Shown: in pieces, positions 20,417 through 32,137 of the stretch
Layout of the letters: the number at the start of each line of letters is the position of its first letter
Position numbering within the stretch: the first letter of the stretch is position 1
Translations under genes and position numbers: made by a program
NCBI GenBank assembly: GCA_008690995.1
Contig: VRMN01000001.1
Location: 2,480,001 to 2,544,000, forward strand
Source of the DNA: Porphyridium purpureum
Lineage: Eukaryota
Length of the DNA: 64,000 bases
Reading direction: 5' to 3'
The notes under the pieces: model-generated
Told to the model about the DNA's origin: nothing
Seen by the model: only the letters and a program-made list of their open reading frames with translations
Databases searched by the model: none

Positions 20417-22756
20417 TTACAAATCGAGCGAGAGGTGCGCCGGTGGCTGCGGCGAATCCATCATGGCACTCGATGAATCCTGTGCACCCAATGGCTCATT
20501 TCGAGATGCAGACCCAGCATCTCCGTTGGTGATCGCCTGGACGGAATCCGATGCAACGGGATTCGGGTTTTCCACAAACGATGTATCCAGGATTGCTGAG
20601 ATTCCGAGCATGATCGGCGCGCGCTCCACAGCAAACTCAGCGTTACGGCGGGAGCCAAATTCGACCACCAGTCCATCAGCGGGAGATGCACCCACCGCAC
20701 GGATTTCCTGAACATCGCGGAACTTGGCCTGGATCAGCTCCGGCGTGAAAAAATCAGGCAGTGACGTACCCGGCTTACTCATCATGAGAACGGTGGTGCT
20801 TCTCAGATCAAGAGCATTCTGTCCGCCCACACCAAACCCACCACGTCCACGGCCTCCGCGCGTGCGCGGATATCCTCCAAAGCCCCGAATCAACGCACCA
20901 CGGCCACGTGGCACGTATCCTAAACCACCGCGTGGATACGATGCAGCTTGGTAGCCAGCATTCCATCCGTCAGATTCCGGATTCATGCCAGCTGCATCTG
21001 CTTGCTGCTGCGGCTCCTCGGGTATGAGCGATCCGCCTGCTAGTTCGCGCAAGCGCTCCGAGATGCGCAGTTTGCTGTCATCGTCCATGTGCGGATTTGT
21101 TTCGAGCTCGTGCATCAACGCCTTCTGCTCCTCGATCTTCTGTTTCAGCGCGTTCGCTTCCTCGAGCTTGCGCCGCTTCTGGTCTTCGCGCTGCTTGAGA
21201 ATCTCCTGCCGCTTGCGTTCGTTGACTTGCTCCGCTGTCTCTCCAATCAGATTTGGAGCCTCGTCCAGAGTACCCGGGACCGCGGAAGCTTCTGCATGAA
21301 TCGCCATGCCTCTGGAAGGCACAGCGCCACCTCGTCCTCGCCCTCTGTTCAGGCCGCGCTGCTCGGCCGCGCCTCGAACGCCAAATGCATCGTCTGCCCC
21401 ACGCTTCGCGCCGCGTTGCGCGTCGCGCTGAGCCCAAAACAGCTTGACGTGCCGATTGTCCATAATCGCTTCGATAGAGTCATGCGCGGCTTGTGCCTCC
21501 TGCTGCGACACGAACTCCACGTAAGCCACCTCCGGTGCCTCTGGTGGACTAAGTTGGATATTTGTGATCGTGCCAAATTTCTTAAACCAGTCTCCCACTG
21601 CAAAAATGGTCAGCATTTCGCGAGGTACGTTCTTCACGACCAGAGTACGGTCATTGAAGCTCGGTGGTGCAGCAGCACTTCTGACATCTTCTCGTGGCGT
21701 TCCAGAGATGATCCCGCCTCGCCCTCGCCCTCGTCCTCGTCCATGGCCACGCGCGCCTCCCTGATCCATACCAGTGTGAGTGCTCGTAAATGGAGGAGAA
21801 GGAAAAGCTGGAGCAGAACCGCTCACGCCGCCAGGAAAGGCGACGGGAAACGGAAAGGCAGGGGCGCCACCGCTCTTCATGGCCGCCGCCTGTTGGGCTG
21901 CCATCCAGTCCAGCACCTCTTTTGGAGGAAGCACTCCACCTGGTAAGACTGGCATGCCCAGGCCTGCCGCGGGAGTTGAGACGGGTTGTGGAACCGTTAT
22001 TGCATCGGCTCGGCCTCCCCTTCCTGTGCGGCTACGCTCTCCTGCACGGGAGCGCTCCTGCGGCTGCCCACGCCGAACTCCTGCATTACCAGACGATTGT
22101 ACCTGCCCGGTCTTTCCGATCTTCTTTCGCAAATCACGCCCACCATCGTCTGCGACGGCAGCATGAGCTCCAATCCGGCCCCGCAGATCTTTCTTGTCTT
22201 TTGATGTGTGCTCCGGAGCAGGGCAGCGTGGTTCGCTCTCTCGAGTCGGTAATTTCTCGCGCAAATCAAAGGATCCCTTGGACACTGGTTCTGAATGATC
22301 CAAGCTCTGCTTACTGCCGAAATCAACGGCACGCCCACACACACCATCTTGCAGATCTGTTTCTTGCGGACTGGTCGCTGCCGGCAAAGAGCTATTTTCC
22401 TGGGTTGGTTGCGGCATTGCCGCGCCGTCTGAAGCAACCAGCGTTTGCTCCTCTTCCTCCTCCGCCGCAACTCGCTGGATAGGTAAGTCTTTGAGCTTCT
22501 CAATTACCGCATGCGCGAACGGGGCTGCCTTTTCCGCGAGAAAGTCAGACAGGTCACCAACGAGGGCATCCTTTACGTCGTCATTCTCCACGGCCTTTTG
22601 GTACGTGAGCACGGGCACTTCCAGAGTTTCAGCCTGCACCTCCAACAGCGCGACTGCATACTTTGCCAACGTGTCGCGCTCTCCATCGAACGCTATCCGT
22701 GCCAACTCTGTCTCCATCCACTGGACCATTCCGTCATTCAACCCAGAATCCTCCAT
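20417..22756 (-). CDS. RBM26/27-like RNA-binding protein (PWI + RRM + RGG)
   Basis: N-terminal LAKYAVALL...LSDFL (PWI-like); RRM TLVVKNVP...FKKFGTITNIQ...AYVEF...MDNRHVKLFW; RGG tracts. Confidence 0.8.
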   Translation of the reverse strand: MEDSGLNDGMVQWMETELARIAFDGERDTLAKYAVALLEVQAETLEVPVLTYQKAVENDDVKDALVGDLSDFLAEKAAPFAHAVIEKLKDLPIQRVAAEEEEEQTLVASDGAAMPQPTQENSSLPAATSPQETDLQDGVCGRAVDFGSKQSLDHSEPVSKGSFDLREKLPTRESEPRCPAPEHTSKDKKDLRGRIGAHAAVADDGGRDLRKKIGKTGQVQSSGNAGVRRGQPQERSRAGERSRTGRGGRADAITVPQPVSTPAAGLGMPVLPGGVLPPKEVLDWMAAQQAAAMKSGGAPAFPFPVAFPGGVSGSAPAFPSPPFTSTHTGMDQGGARGHGRGRGRGRGGIISGTPREDVRSAAAPPSFNDRTLVVKNVPREMLTIFAVGDWFKKFGTITNIQLSPPEAPEVAYVEFVSQQEAQAAHDSIEAIMDNRHVKLFWAQRDAQRGAKRGADDAFGVRGAAEQRGLNRGRGRGGAVPSRGMAIHAEASAVPGTLDEAPNLIGETAEQVNERKRQEILKQREDQKRRKLEEANALKQKIEEQKALMHELETNPHMDDDSKLRISERLRELAGGSLIPEEPQQQADAAGMNPESDGWNAGYQAASYPRGGLGYVPRGRGALIRGFGGYPRTRGGRGRGGFGVGGQNALDLRSTTVLMMSKPGTSLPDFFTPELIQAKFRDVQEIRAVGASPADGLVVEFGSRRNAEFAVERAPIMLGISAILDTSFVENPNPVASDSVQAITNGDAGSASRNEPLGAQDSSSAMMDSPQPPAHLSLDL

Positions 22757-23304
22757 CACGAGTTTTCTGCAGGTCGTGAGCGTATTCTGGGCGATACCCA
22801 CTCACAGACTCTTCGGAGACGTGATCTTCGCTTTTCCACGATGGCACAAGCGCTTCAGAAATCACAAACAAACACACACGCAAACGAACCTACCACAATC
22901 CAACCGCGCTGAAAGCTCGCACGCCTCCTCGCTTTCTTGCGCGCCGGCCGAATGCTCTCCTTCGCCCACAGCGCAGATGCGGGCCGACGTGATTCGCGCA
23001 GCGCTCTTTGTCCTCTCTTTCCTTCTGCCGACTCCCCGCACGTGCGTGCGCGCGCGCTTCGTCCACAGCGCTGCGGCAACTGTACCTCGCACGTCAGCTC
23101 TGTAAGCGTGCAATACATACTAAAACAAACGCGTTTTATGATTCATGTTTGGATGAGGTACAGTGGGTGTACATTGCTTATAGGGTGTACAGTGAATGTG
23201 GGATTTGGAGATCGGAGGGACAGAGACAGAGGAACGTCAAGGGAGACGTGTGTGCGCTTGGTGTGTGTGTGTCGGCTGATATGTGAGCGGCACCGTGAGG
23301 AAGA

Positions 23305-24885
23305 ATGGGTGGCGTGGTGTCATCGCTGCTGTTCCAGCCGCCAGTGGAGCCGACATATGAGCTTGAGCCAGGCACGCACTTCCTGAAGTTCCGGATGCCG
23401 CAGCAGTACTTGAGCACCCGGCTGGTTGATTTGCCCGTGGTGACCGTGCGCACAGAAAAGGATGATGAGATTGCCCTAGCGTACATTGAGCATGAAGCCC
23501 CGCTTTGTACCCTGCTTCTCTCGCACGGAACGTCGGAAGATATAGGGTACACAGTCCAGTGGGCGGCCGAGTTGTGCGGCCAGCTGGAGGTCAATGTGCT
23601 GGTGTACGACTATACGGGTTACGGGGTCTCCGCACAAAACCCCCCGTCCGAACAACGTGTCTACGCAGACGCAATGGCCGCGTATGACTACTTGGTGCGC
23701 GTGCGAAATATACCGTGGCAAAAAATCGTGCTCATGGGTCGCTCAATGGGATCGGGCCCGGCTACGTTTTTGGCGTCCACGCGGTCATGTGCGGGCCTTG
23801 TTTTGGTGTGCCCGCTGGCGTCTGCGGTCCGCGTGGTTGCGCCAAACCTGCCCAGTACACCGCGCTTCGACATGTTTGCAAACATAGATCGCGTGGCTGA
23901 CATTGTTTGTCCCGTTCTGATTCTGCATGGTCGGGACGATGAGGTGGTGCCTTTTGAATGCGCGGTCGCGCTTTACGAAAAACTTGCCGAGTGTAGCCAG
24001 GCCATTGTGCACCCCCCATTCTGGGTCAATGGCGCTGGCCATAACAACCTGGAAACATATCATCGGCCGGTAATCTTCAATCTGTACCGATCTTTTATCT
24101 TGAATTGGGCCATGAAAGACAAGCACATCGAAGCAGTCGATGCCGCAAGTCTGAAGCGCATATCATGCACGCCAGGAACGCAAGAAAGCGGAAGCACCGC
24201 GCAAGATTTACCGCCGGCTGAACTTAGGAAAGATAAGGCGCAGCTCGTTTCGCCACTCACAAGCCCTCGCACTAGAGCGTGGGATTTATTTTTGAAAGAG
24301 TCGAAGATTGATCGCGACGAGGTGATTCAAAACTACTCTACGCAAGACATGTACTTACCAGACTCAGTTGGGCGCGGGACGGGCAAAGGCCATGAACACT
24401 CGAGCACCATATATTCGCCACGCAGAATCAAGAAACAGTGGTTGCACGACTTGACGAGCCCCACGAAGCCGCCTGTAGCTCCCTCTTCGCCGAATAACAA
24501 TGCCGACTTGATGAGACGGGAAAGCAGTACGGCAGGCAATGGCGAGTCCCTTGCGCGCCGGCGGAGCAGCATCACAGACATGTTTTCGGCCATGAAAAGT
24601 CCGCGAGTCTCGCGCAAGATCTCAATCGGCAGCGAAAGCGGTGACATACTATCCGAAAGCAAGAGTCCGTTTCCCGGCGTCAGAGATGATGGCATAACTA
24701 GTGGCGCGTCTCCCCCCGCTTTCAGCCGTTCTGGGGTACCTGAAACCTCTGGTAGCAACAGTGCGACTCGCAACGCAGCGACAGCGCCCATCGTGGTGAA
24801 AAAGACTTCGTCTGTGCGTCTTGGTATGGAGCGTTTGCTTAGCCCTCGCACTCAAATATCACCACCATCCAATGGCGAATACTAA
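23305..24885 (+). CDS. ABHD17-like alpha/beta hydrolase (depalmitoylase family)
   Basis: LLFQPP, YDYTGYGVS, GRSMG nucleophile motif, ILHGRDDEVV, GAGHNNLE; MG- start compatible with myristoylation. Confidence 0.92.
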   Translation: MGGVVSSLLFQPPVEPTYELEPGTHFLKFRMPQQYLSTRLVDLPVVTVRTEKDDEIALAYIEHEAPLCTLLLSHGTSEDIGYTVQWAAELCGQLEVNVLVYDYTGYGVSAQNPPSEQRVYADAMAAYDYLVRVRNIPWQKIVLMGRSMGSGPATFLASTRSCAGLVLVCPLASAVRVVAPNLPSTPRFDMFANIDRVADIVCPVLILHGRDDEVVPFECAVALYEKLAECSQAIVHPPFWVNGAGHNNLETYHRPVIFNLYRSFILNWAMKDKHIEAVDAASLKRISCTPGTQESGSTAQDLPPAELRKDKAQLVSPLTSPRTRAWDLFLKESKIDRDEVIQNYSTQDMYLPDSVGRGTGKGHEHSSTIYSPRRIKKQWLHDLTSPTKPPVAPSSPNNNADLMRRESSTAGNGESLARRRSSITDMFSAMKSPRVSRKISIGSESGDILSESKSPFPGVRDDGITSGASPPAFSRSGVPETSGSNSATRNAATAPIVVKKTSSVRLGMERLLSPRTQISPPSNGEY

Positions 24886-26389
24886 AGGAAAACTGACACC
24901 CGAAGCTAAGCAACAATTCGGTGCAAGCCTTGACCCTCTGTCGACCCACTGAGCACCCAAAGCTCGACAGGCAAGGAGAGCTTGATTCGCTGCGATTGCG
25001 ATATCATTGACATTTTCTTGGTGCTTGAATCACTTTCCGCGCCTTCCTCTTCCTCGCAATCCCCTGGAATGAGTTCTATGGAAGGCAGAAAAGGCGGGCC
25101 TCTCATGCATGACATTGCGGGCACATCGTCCATGACGCGAAGCTTGATTTCTATTTGCGCAGTGCTCGTTCATCCGAAGTTGTCAAACGTTCAGTTCCCC
25201 ATGCTGTTGGTGTCTCTTTTGATACTGCTTGCTACATGGCCATGAAACGATAATATCTGATAATCTGGTGCGGCTCTGGCTCTTGACCGAGAGAAGGCAC
25301 TACGGCAAGTTGTAAATGCTCTACTCTGCCCCATATCTTTGTGTTTCCGCGCCTGTCTTTGGCGTGCTCATGCGTGCGGCGCTCCGAAAACGGATTCTCT
25401 AGTTTCTGGTTTTCCATATTGTGTAGCTTATTGCTTTTCCCAACACACGACTACCATCCACTTTTTCAAGGCTTGTGTTTGTACAGACTATTGCACATCC
25501 TGTGCGCCTCTGCGGATGAGCGCTTTCACCGTAGCGCCATGTGATGTCGGTCCCAAATTACCCGGAGGTGTGCATGTCCTTTTTGCGAGCTTTACCTTCT
25601 CTCTAATCTGCTCACCGTGGGAGCAGATTTGTGAACACCCATTCCCTTGCCTTCGCGATTATCCGGAGTAGCTGCTCTGAAGCACAGCCTCATTCACCCG
25701 CACCCACGAGCGACAGAAACCCTCGGGAGTATGCATCGAGCACCTGGCCGCATGTCCATGCTATGGCGTTTCTCGAACTCCCCGGACCAGATGGACCGAG
25801 ACCGACGTCATTCGTGCCTCGCGCGCGCGATACAGGCCATGAACGCCGCCGCTTGCAAACCACCTGGTAGTCGGTCCGAGTCTGTGCGGGCGCGCGTCGT
25901 CATGAGCAAGAATGGAGCTGTTCAAAACAACCCACTGTTGCAGGCCGTGCCGCACATCACGCGCGACCAGGTGCGAGTAGCTTCACAACGGACGGCCGCA
26001 CCGGGTTTGCAAAGAAGACGTCGAGGCGCGGCGTGTTCGTCGCAAACCCGCGCTGTGCTTTGGCCGCTCAAGCCGATTTCTCGTGCTTCATTTTTGTTCC
26101 GTTTTAACGGCTTGTCCGAATTCTCACGCGATTCCCGTCGGCGCCTCCACATGGCAGCGAGACCGTCGGGAGAATCCCGGGACTCGGATGGACGCCGCGG
26201 AATCCGAAAGAGGCGGAGGACCGGCAGACGGCTTCTGGTTGGGGTGGTGGTATAAGGGCAGCTGCCCACTCGAGCTGGCGCGCGTGGTGCTTGCTCGTGC
26301 ACGGGCTGAAGAGTGGCGAGCAGGGTAAAGAATAAGGGTTCGGTGATCGGGGCTGGGTCGAGGACGGCAGGGCATCGTCATCGTGGGGT

Positions 26390-28150
26390 ATGATGATGTT
26401 TGTGCCCGTGCAGCCACTGCAAGCGCGACTGCAGCTTGGACGCTTGCGTAAAGATGACGCCATGGGGCGGCGGCCGCGCGCACCGCGAGAGCGGTCGGTA
26501 CCCGGCCCGCACGCGCGGAGCGTGCTGCGACGCACTAGGTTGAGTCCGATTAGCATGAGTTCGGCAGCCGGCGCAGGGGCCGGTGGCTCTTATGGCGAGC
26601 GAAACTTTGATAAGCTCGAGGAAAGCGCGAAGAAGACCGAGAAGAAGGTGGAGGGCGAGGGTGTCGCGGAGGATCCAAACGAGAAGAAGACTAAGCGGTG
26701 GCGGATCCGCATTTTTTACTCTATTTTTCTGGGTTACGCCACATACTACTTTACTCGAAATAGTTTCACGTACGCGGCGCCAGGAATGCGAGCGGCGCTC
26801 GGTTTGTCGCTAGAGCAGCTCGGTGTGATCACGTCCATCTTTCCCATGGCGTACGGCGTCAGCAAGCTTCTAGCTGGTATTTTATCGGACCAGTTTAGCA
26901 CACGCGTGTTCATGGCTTTCGGGCTCGCCGCCACTGGTGTGCTGAATATTCTGTTTGGTACGCAATCCACCATGCTCGGCCTTTGCCTCCTGTGGGCTCT
27001 TAACGGCGTCTTCCAAGGCTTCGGTGCGCCGCCGTGTGCCAAGCTGCTCACTATGTGGTACCCGAAGAAAGAGCGCGGCACGTGGTGGGGGTTTTGGAAT
27101 ACCTCGCACAACACGGGTGGTTTTTTGATTCCGTTCCTTTCTGGGTACGCGGTCCGTAACTTTGGCTGGCGCTACGGAATGTACGTGCCGGGAGGCATTG
27201 CAGTGGTCATGGGACTCTTCCTCTTCGATCGCATTCGTGACTCGCCCGAAGATGTGGGGCTCCCACCCGTGGACCCGGTAGATCAGTCGGAGAGGGAAAA
27301 GGCCGCACCGAAAGACGGAGATGCGCCGGCAGCTAAGCTGTCCATGCGCGAGACGCTTTTCAAGCATGTGCTCTCAAATCCGTACGTCTGGCTGCTCGCC
27401 CTAAGTTACTTTTTTGTATATTTTGTGCGGCAAGGTATTTCATCTTGGGCATACATCTACCTGCTGGATTTCAAGGGCGTCCCCAACCCGCAAGACGCGG
27501 CCTTCCGTATGTCTGGCATGGAGATCGGTGGGCTGCTTGGCTCGCTCGCGAGCGGTTATACCAGCGACAAAATGCTTCGAGGCCGGCGGATCCCGGTCAT
27601 CATTGGCTGGCTGGTTGGCTTGATTGCCGCAATCGCCGCGCTCTGGTACGTTCCCGTCGGGATGAAGTACCTTAATTGGCTAGCCATTTTTGCGATTGGC
27701 TTCTTCATTTATGGCCCTCAAATGCTGGTTGGCCTTGCCGGTGCCGAACTCGTGGACAAATCGGCCGTCTCAAGCACGATTGGATTGCTGGGCTGGATCG
27801 CGTATTTGGGCGCGTCGGTTGCCGGCTACCCTCTGACCAAAATTGTCACAAATTTTGGGTGGAAGGCATACATTTTGGCTCTTATGGCATTCAGTGGGGT
27901 TGCCATCCTACTGCTGCTGCCCATGTGGAGTTTGGGCGTGGTCCCGGAGGCCGTGCTGACGCGGCAGCAGGTACTTGCTGGATTCCGACCGCCGTGCTCG
28001 CAGTGTGCTGGAACTGGTACCGTTATGCGTCTGGAGTGCGGTTCAGCCACGCCCTCCCAGTCACTGAGTTGCAAGTACGTTGAAGATGTTTGTCCGTGGT
28101 GCGACGGCACAGGTGTCAACCGAAAGGCAGCGGTGGCTGCAGGAAATTAA
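26390..28150 (+). CDS. uhpC: UhpC/GlpT-type MFS sugar-phosphate transporter with transit peptide and C-terminal CxxCxGxG zinc finger
   Basis: YYFTRNSF, WYPKKERGTWWGFWNTSHNTGG, FFIYGPQMLVGLAGAE; C-terminal CSQCAGTG...CPWCDGTG. Confidence 0.9.
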   Translation: MMMFVPVQPLQARLQLGRLRKDDAMGRRPRAPRERSVPGPHARSVLRRTRLSPISMSSAAGAGAGGSYGERNFDKLEESAKKTEKKVEGEGVAEDPNEKKTKRWRIRIFYSIFLGYATYYFTRNSFTYAAPGMRAALGLSLEQLGVITSIFPMAYGVSKLLAGILSDQFSTRVFMAFGLAATGVLNILFGTQSTMLGLCLLWALNGVFQGFGAPPCAKLLTMWYPKKERGTWWGFWNTSHNTGGFLIPFLSGYAVRNFGWRYGMYVPGGIAVVMGLFLFDRIRDSPEDVGLPPVDPVDQSEREKAAPKDGDAPAAKLSMRETLFKHVLSNPYVWLLALSYFFVYFVRQGISSWAYIYLLDFKGVPNPQDAAFRMSGMEIGGLLGSLASGYTSDKMLRGRRIPVIIGWLVGLIAAIAALWYVPVGMKYLNWLAIFAIGFFIYGPQMLVGLAGAELVDKSAVSSTIGLLGWIAYLGASVAGYPLTKIVTNFGWKAYILALMAFSGVAILLLLPMWSLGVVPEAVLTRQQVLAGFRPPCSQCAGTGTVMRLECGSATPSQSLSCKYVEDVCPWCDGTGVNRKAAVAAGN

Positions 28151-28369
28151 GACGTACATGCACGCGTTTCATAGTGCGTGTGCATAGCTTGTGTTTTGTG
28201 TGTGTTTGTGTGTGTTTGTGTGTTTATAAGACCATATCAAGGATTCTTTCAGTCGATCAACATTCTTGCTCGCAACGCCATGAAAGACTGTGTCGCAAAA
28301 ATGTGCACCATTCCCAATCGGACAGACGTGATCCTCAAGGCCGTTTGCCGTACCCGGCATAAATTGCTC

Positions 28370-30343
28370 TTATTCTTTGTCTTCCTTCGCATACAGCTCG
28401 GCCAAATTCAAGTAGGTCTTCACGCCATACCCGGACGCTTGGCTCGCAGTCCAGTCCCATGCCGTATTAGCGATGTCCAAATGCGCAAAGGGAACCTTCT
28501 TGACGAACTTCTGAAGGAAGAGAGCGGCGGTGATTGCACCTCCTCGTGGCGCAGAGCCTATATTTTGCAAGTCAGCGATCTTGCTCTTGATCTGCTCTGC
28601 ATACTCGTCGGGCATGGGCATGCGCCACATCTTCTCACCACCAGCCTTGGCGGATTTCTGAATGCGCTCGGCAAATGCATCATTCTGTGTGAACAGACCT
28701 GCATAGTCGTTTCCTAGCGCCATCATGATCGCACCTGTCAAGGTCGACATTTCCAGAATTGCATCGACGCTGCCCAATTTCTCGGCGTAAACAAGAGCGT
28801 CCGCCAGCGTGAGTCGACCCTCGGCGTCCGTGTTCAGCACTTCAATCGTCACGCCATTCGATGCCGTGATGATGTCACCCGGTCGATACGCATCGGAGTC
28901 TACCATATTCTCGCACGCCGCGACGATGAAATGTACCTCCACATTCGCTGGCTTAATGCCAGCTATCGCAGCCGCTGCGCCAAGCACCGCAGCCGAGCCG
29001 CCCATGTCAAACTTCATCTTCTCCATCATTTGCGTCTTGATGTTATACCCGCCCGAGTCAAAGGTAAGTCCCTTGCCCACAAACGCGAGCTTCTTGGTGG
29101 CCGTGCCCGACGCCGGCTTGTACGTCATGTGAATGAACTTTGGCGGATATACCGAGCCCCGTCCGACCGCGAGATACGAGCCCATGCCTAACGCTTCACA
29201 CTCATCGCGCTCCAGGATCTTGATGGACATCACGTCAGCGTGCTGCGAGGCAATGTACTTGGCGCTCTCTGCGAGCGAAACTGGATTTACCACATTGGGC
29301 GGTGCATTCACGAGGTGCTTGGCGAACCCCTGGCCGCGCGCAATGGCCTTGGCTCTTGCAACGCTGGCGTCAAAGTCGGAGTCCTGGGCTACATCGCTTC
29401 CCGAAGACCCCAGCAAGCAGAAGGACGCGAGCGGCTCGTCCGTTGTACCTTCTTTCTCCTTGGCTTCAGCAGCGATGGAGCCCTGGAAGCGCTCATCCTT
29501 GAAAGCGTAAGCGCAGAACGCCTCTCCAGCATCGGTGCACATTTGTGCGCTCCATTCAACACCATCAGGCAAAATCAAGCCGACCTTTTTCACTGCCTTG
29601 GAGCCCTTCGCAGCGGCAACCGCAGCAGAGAAAAGCGATTTGTACGAGACTGGTGGCTTGGATTCCTCACTGCCCTCTTTGGACAACGTGGTACGCTTTC
29701 CGAGACCCACCAGACTAATCCGCTTAATCGAGGAGCCTTTGCCAAAGAGACGCGCCGAGATCGACGAGCCTGTCTTGGCTTTAAACTTTTCGTCTGCGAT
29801 CAGGCCAGTGATGGCCCCATCGAGCTTCTCATCCCATTCTGCTGCCGCGCCTGTCAGTGTGATCGGAGTCGGTTCAGCCGCACCTTCTACTTCATCCGCC
29901 TCGTTCAGAGCGACGACCAGTGCGTCACCATCAAAAGCGACCGGACTAGCCAGTCGCGTCACCTGAGGCATGGCCATCTCAAGCACCATGGGCACCTGGC
30001 TCTGCAGCGCCGTCTTGTACGGCTCGGCCGTCGCCATCATCCGCGTACTCGTGCGTCTCGCAGACGGGCGCGCACGGGCCGAACGTTCCAGGTACTGTCC
30101 CACATTCCAAGCCAAAGGCACGACCAACGAGCCCGCTGCCACTGCCGGGATGCGAGGCGCCACCCGCATCGACGAGCTGGCCTGTCGCGCCGACGCACGT
30201 GTCCATCCCCATCCCGATCGTGATCCCACTGGCGCAGCGCCGGCGGGCACAAATCCGACACACTGCGTGTACGACAAGACGCAGTTCGATCCGCGCATTG
30301 CCAGCGCGCCGCTGGGCACTCGAATCACGGCCTTCACATCCAT
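28370..30343 (-). CDS. Leucyl aminopeptidase (M17), organelle-targeted
   Basis: VGKGLTFDSGG, MKFDMGG, NTDAEGRLTLAD, HLDIA; long N-terminal presequence. Confidence 0.96.
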   Translation of the reverse strand: MDVKAVIRVPSGALAMRGSNCVLSYTQCVGFVPAGAAPVGSRSGWGWTRASARQASSSMRVAPRIPAVAAGSLVVPLAWNVGQYLERSARARPSARRTSTRMMATAEPYKTALQSQVPMVLEMAMPQVTRLASPVAFDGDALVVALNEADEVEGAAEPTPITLTGAAAEWDEKLDGAITGLIADEKFKAKTGSSISARLFGKGSSIKRISLVGLGKRTTLSKEGSEESKPPVSYKSLFSAAVAAAKGSKAVKKVGLILPDGVEWSAQMCTDAGEAFCAYAFKDERFQGSIAAEAKEKEGTTDEPLASFCLLGSSGSDVAQDSDFDASVARAKAIARGQGFAKHLVNAPPNVVNPVSLAESAKYIASQHADVMSIKILERDECEALGMGSYLAVGRGSVYPPKFIHMTYKPASGTATKKLAFVGKGLTFDSGGYNIKTQMMEKMKFDMGGSAAVLGAAAAIAGIKPANVEVHFIVAACENMVDSDAYRPGDIITASNGVTIEVLNTDAEGRLTLADALVYAEKLGSVDAILEMSTLTGAIMMALGNDYAGLFTQNDAFAERIQKSAKAGGEKMWRMPMPDEYAEQIKSKIADLQNIGSAPRGGAITAALFLQKFVKKVPFAHLDIANTAWDWTASQASGYGVKTYLNLAELYAKEDKE

Positions 30344-30627
30344 TCCAACCCGCCGTCCTGTGCCTCGCTCCTACTCCGCCACATCCAACATCAGCGGTCT
30401 CCACATTCCACATTCTCGCAACGAGATCGAAACACCCACCCAACCTCAGCTGTACACACTGTACATACTGTACTCACGTTCAGCATCCAATCGGTTTCGA
30501 GTTTTTTTTAATTATTTTGTTAATCCTATGTTTAATCTTTCAGGTTTCGGCTTTCACGTTTGTTGCGGGGGAGTGGAGCTGGTGGTGAAGCTGGTCGTGT
30601 ACGTATGATGGGATTGGTGTGAGCAGG

Positions 30628-32040
30628 ATGGCACTGGTGGCGGGACGGCTGGTGCAGGCGGCACGGATACGAGACGTCCAGTCTGAAGGCGAACTGACAG
30701 ATGCTTTAAACAGTGTTTGCGCGCGGATCGTGTCGCGCATTGGGGCTGCGTGCTCCGGGATCAACGCGTCGTTTGTGCTCGTCGGCCCTCCAGGCTCCGG
30801 GAAGAGCGCTGCGGTTTGTGAGGCCATCCGGCGCGCGGAGCTCCACGCGGAGAAAAGTAATGGGCTCATTGTCCAGGTTCGTCTTCATGGCCGCCTGCAT
30901 GCTGACGAGCGCACGTCGTTGCTTGAAACCGCAGCGCAGCTGGCGCGTGCATCGTCGCGTCATGCGGATCGTCCAAACACGACACGAAGCATACAATACG
31001 GCTCACTCGGACCACGTGCGTCGATCGGAGAAATCCTGGGTGAAATCTCGGCGCACGTGCTCCGGCTAGCGCACATCCCGGGCTGCGTCTTTGTGTTCGT
31101 GCTTGACGCAGTGCATTTATTTGCCGCGCAAGGAAGCGCTGGAGGAGCGCAAAAACAGACGCTGCTGTATTGTTTACTCAATCTGCTCCAAGGCGAATCG
31201 GTGCGGGGTGTTTTCATCGGTATCACGCCTCGCATCGACGTCGTGGACCTTTTGGAGAAGCGCGTCAAGTCGCGCTTCTCCGGCGAAGTCATCGCAGCGC
31301 CCTTGCCGGACTCCGTTGAGCAAGTGTGTGACTTTCTGAAGAAGCGCTTGAAGCAGACGAGTGAAGCCCGTGGCAAAATAGAGCGTGAATGCTTCTGTGC
31401 GGGCATTGATCCCTTCTTCAAGGATCAGCGAGTGCTCAACATGCTCTCGCGCATGTTCATGCGATCACGTACCCTCGACTCTTTTCTATTGGTCATGAGC
31501 TACACTGTGGCGTGTGCTGATACATTGCAGATTGAATACTTTCTACAGGCGTACGCCGACCTGCACGTCTCAAAGCATGGCGTAGAGCGCCTCCTCAATT
31601 TATCGTCGCTGGAGCTCATGATCTTGTACGCTCTCACCAAAAAGGTATCCAGCGTGCGTCAAAATACTTCCGAAGCTGAGCTTCCCGACCCGCCGAGCTT
31701 TTCGTTTGATGCGGTGTATGCCGAATACCAGAGAGGCGCGCTTGCGGGCGAGCACATGGAATCCAACGCCAGCGTGGCGTTGCTTCCATCTTCCTCGTGG
31801 AATGCCGCCGCGCCGTCCACAGACTTGGTATCTATGCATGTCGCTCTCAAGGCGTATGAGCATCTGGTCGACCTTGGGCTCGTGTTATTGAAGCGGCCGC
31901 GTGGCCATCACGTTTCCACGCTCAGGTCTAGTGCTAGTATTCGAGCCGTGCCTGTCGTTCCGAGCGACGAGGTTGAGCGCGCCATGCTCGAGCACCCGGA
32001 CATGTCAATGGCGGCACAGCACTGGGTCACGATGACATAG
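30628..32040 (+). CDS. ORC4: Origin recognition complex subunit 4
   Basis: Walker A GPPGSGKS, KQTLLYCLLN, DLLEKRVKSRFS, LSSLELMIL. Confidence 0.88.
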   Translation: MALVAGRLVQAARIRDVQSEGELTDALNSVCARIVSRIGAACSGINASFVLVGPPGSGKSAAVCEAIRRAELHAEKSNGLIVQVRLHGRLHADERTSLLETAAQLARASSRHADRPNTTRSIQYGSLGPRASIGEILGEISAHVLRLAHIPGCVFVFVLDAVHLFAAQGSAGGAQKQTLLYCLLNLLQGESVRGVFIGITPRIDVVDLLEKRVKSRFSGEVIAAPLPDSVEQVCDFLKKRLKQTSEARGKIERECFCAGIDPFFKDQRVLNMLSRMFMRSRTLDSFLLVMSYTVACADTLQIEYFLQAYADLHVSKHGVERLLNLSSLELMILYALTKKVSSVRQNTSEAELPDPPSFSFDAVYAEYQRGALAGEHMESNASVALLPSSSWNAAAPSTDLVSMHVALKAYEHLVDLGLVLLKRPRGHHVSTLRSSASIRAVPVVPSDEVERAMLEHPDMSMAAQHWVTMT

Positions 32041-32137
32041 AATTGTAATTAGCCATAAGTGATTTCTGTGGGATATGTACATTACGCTTTCACCGTCCTT
32101 AGATCAATCCAAGACATACGCATCTGGCAGAGATCCA

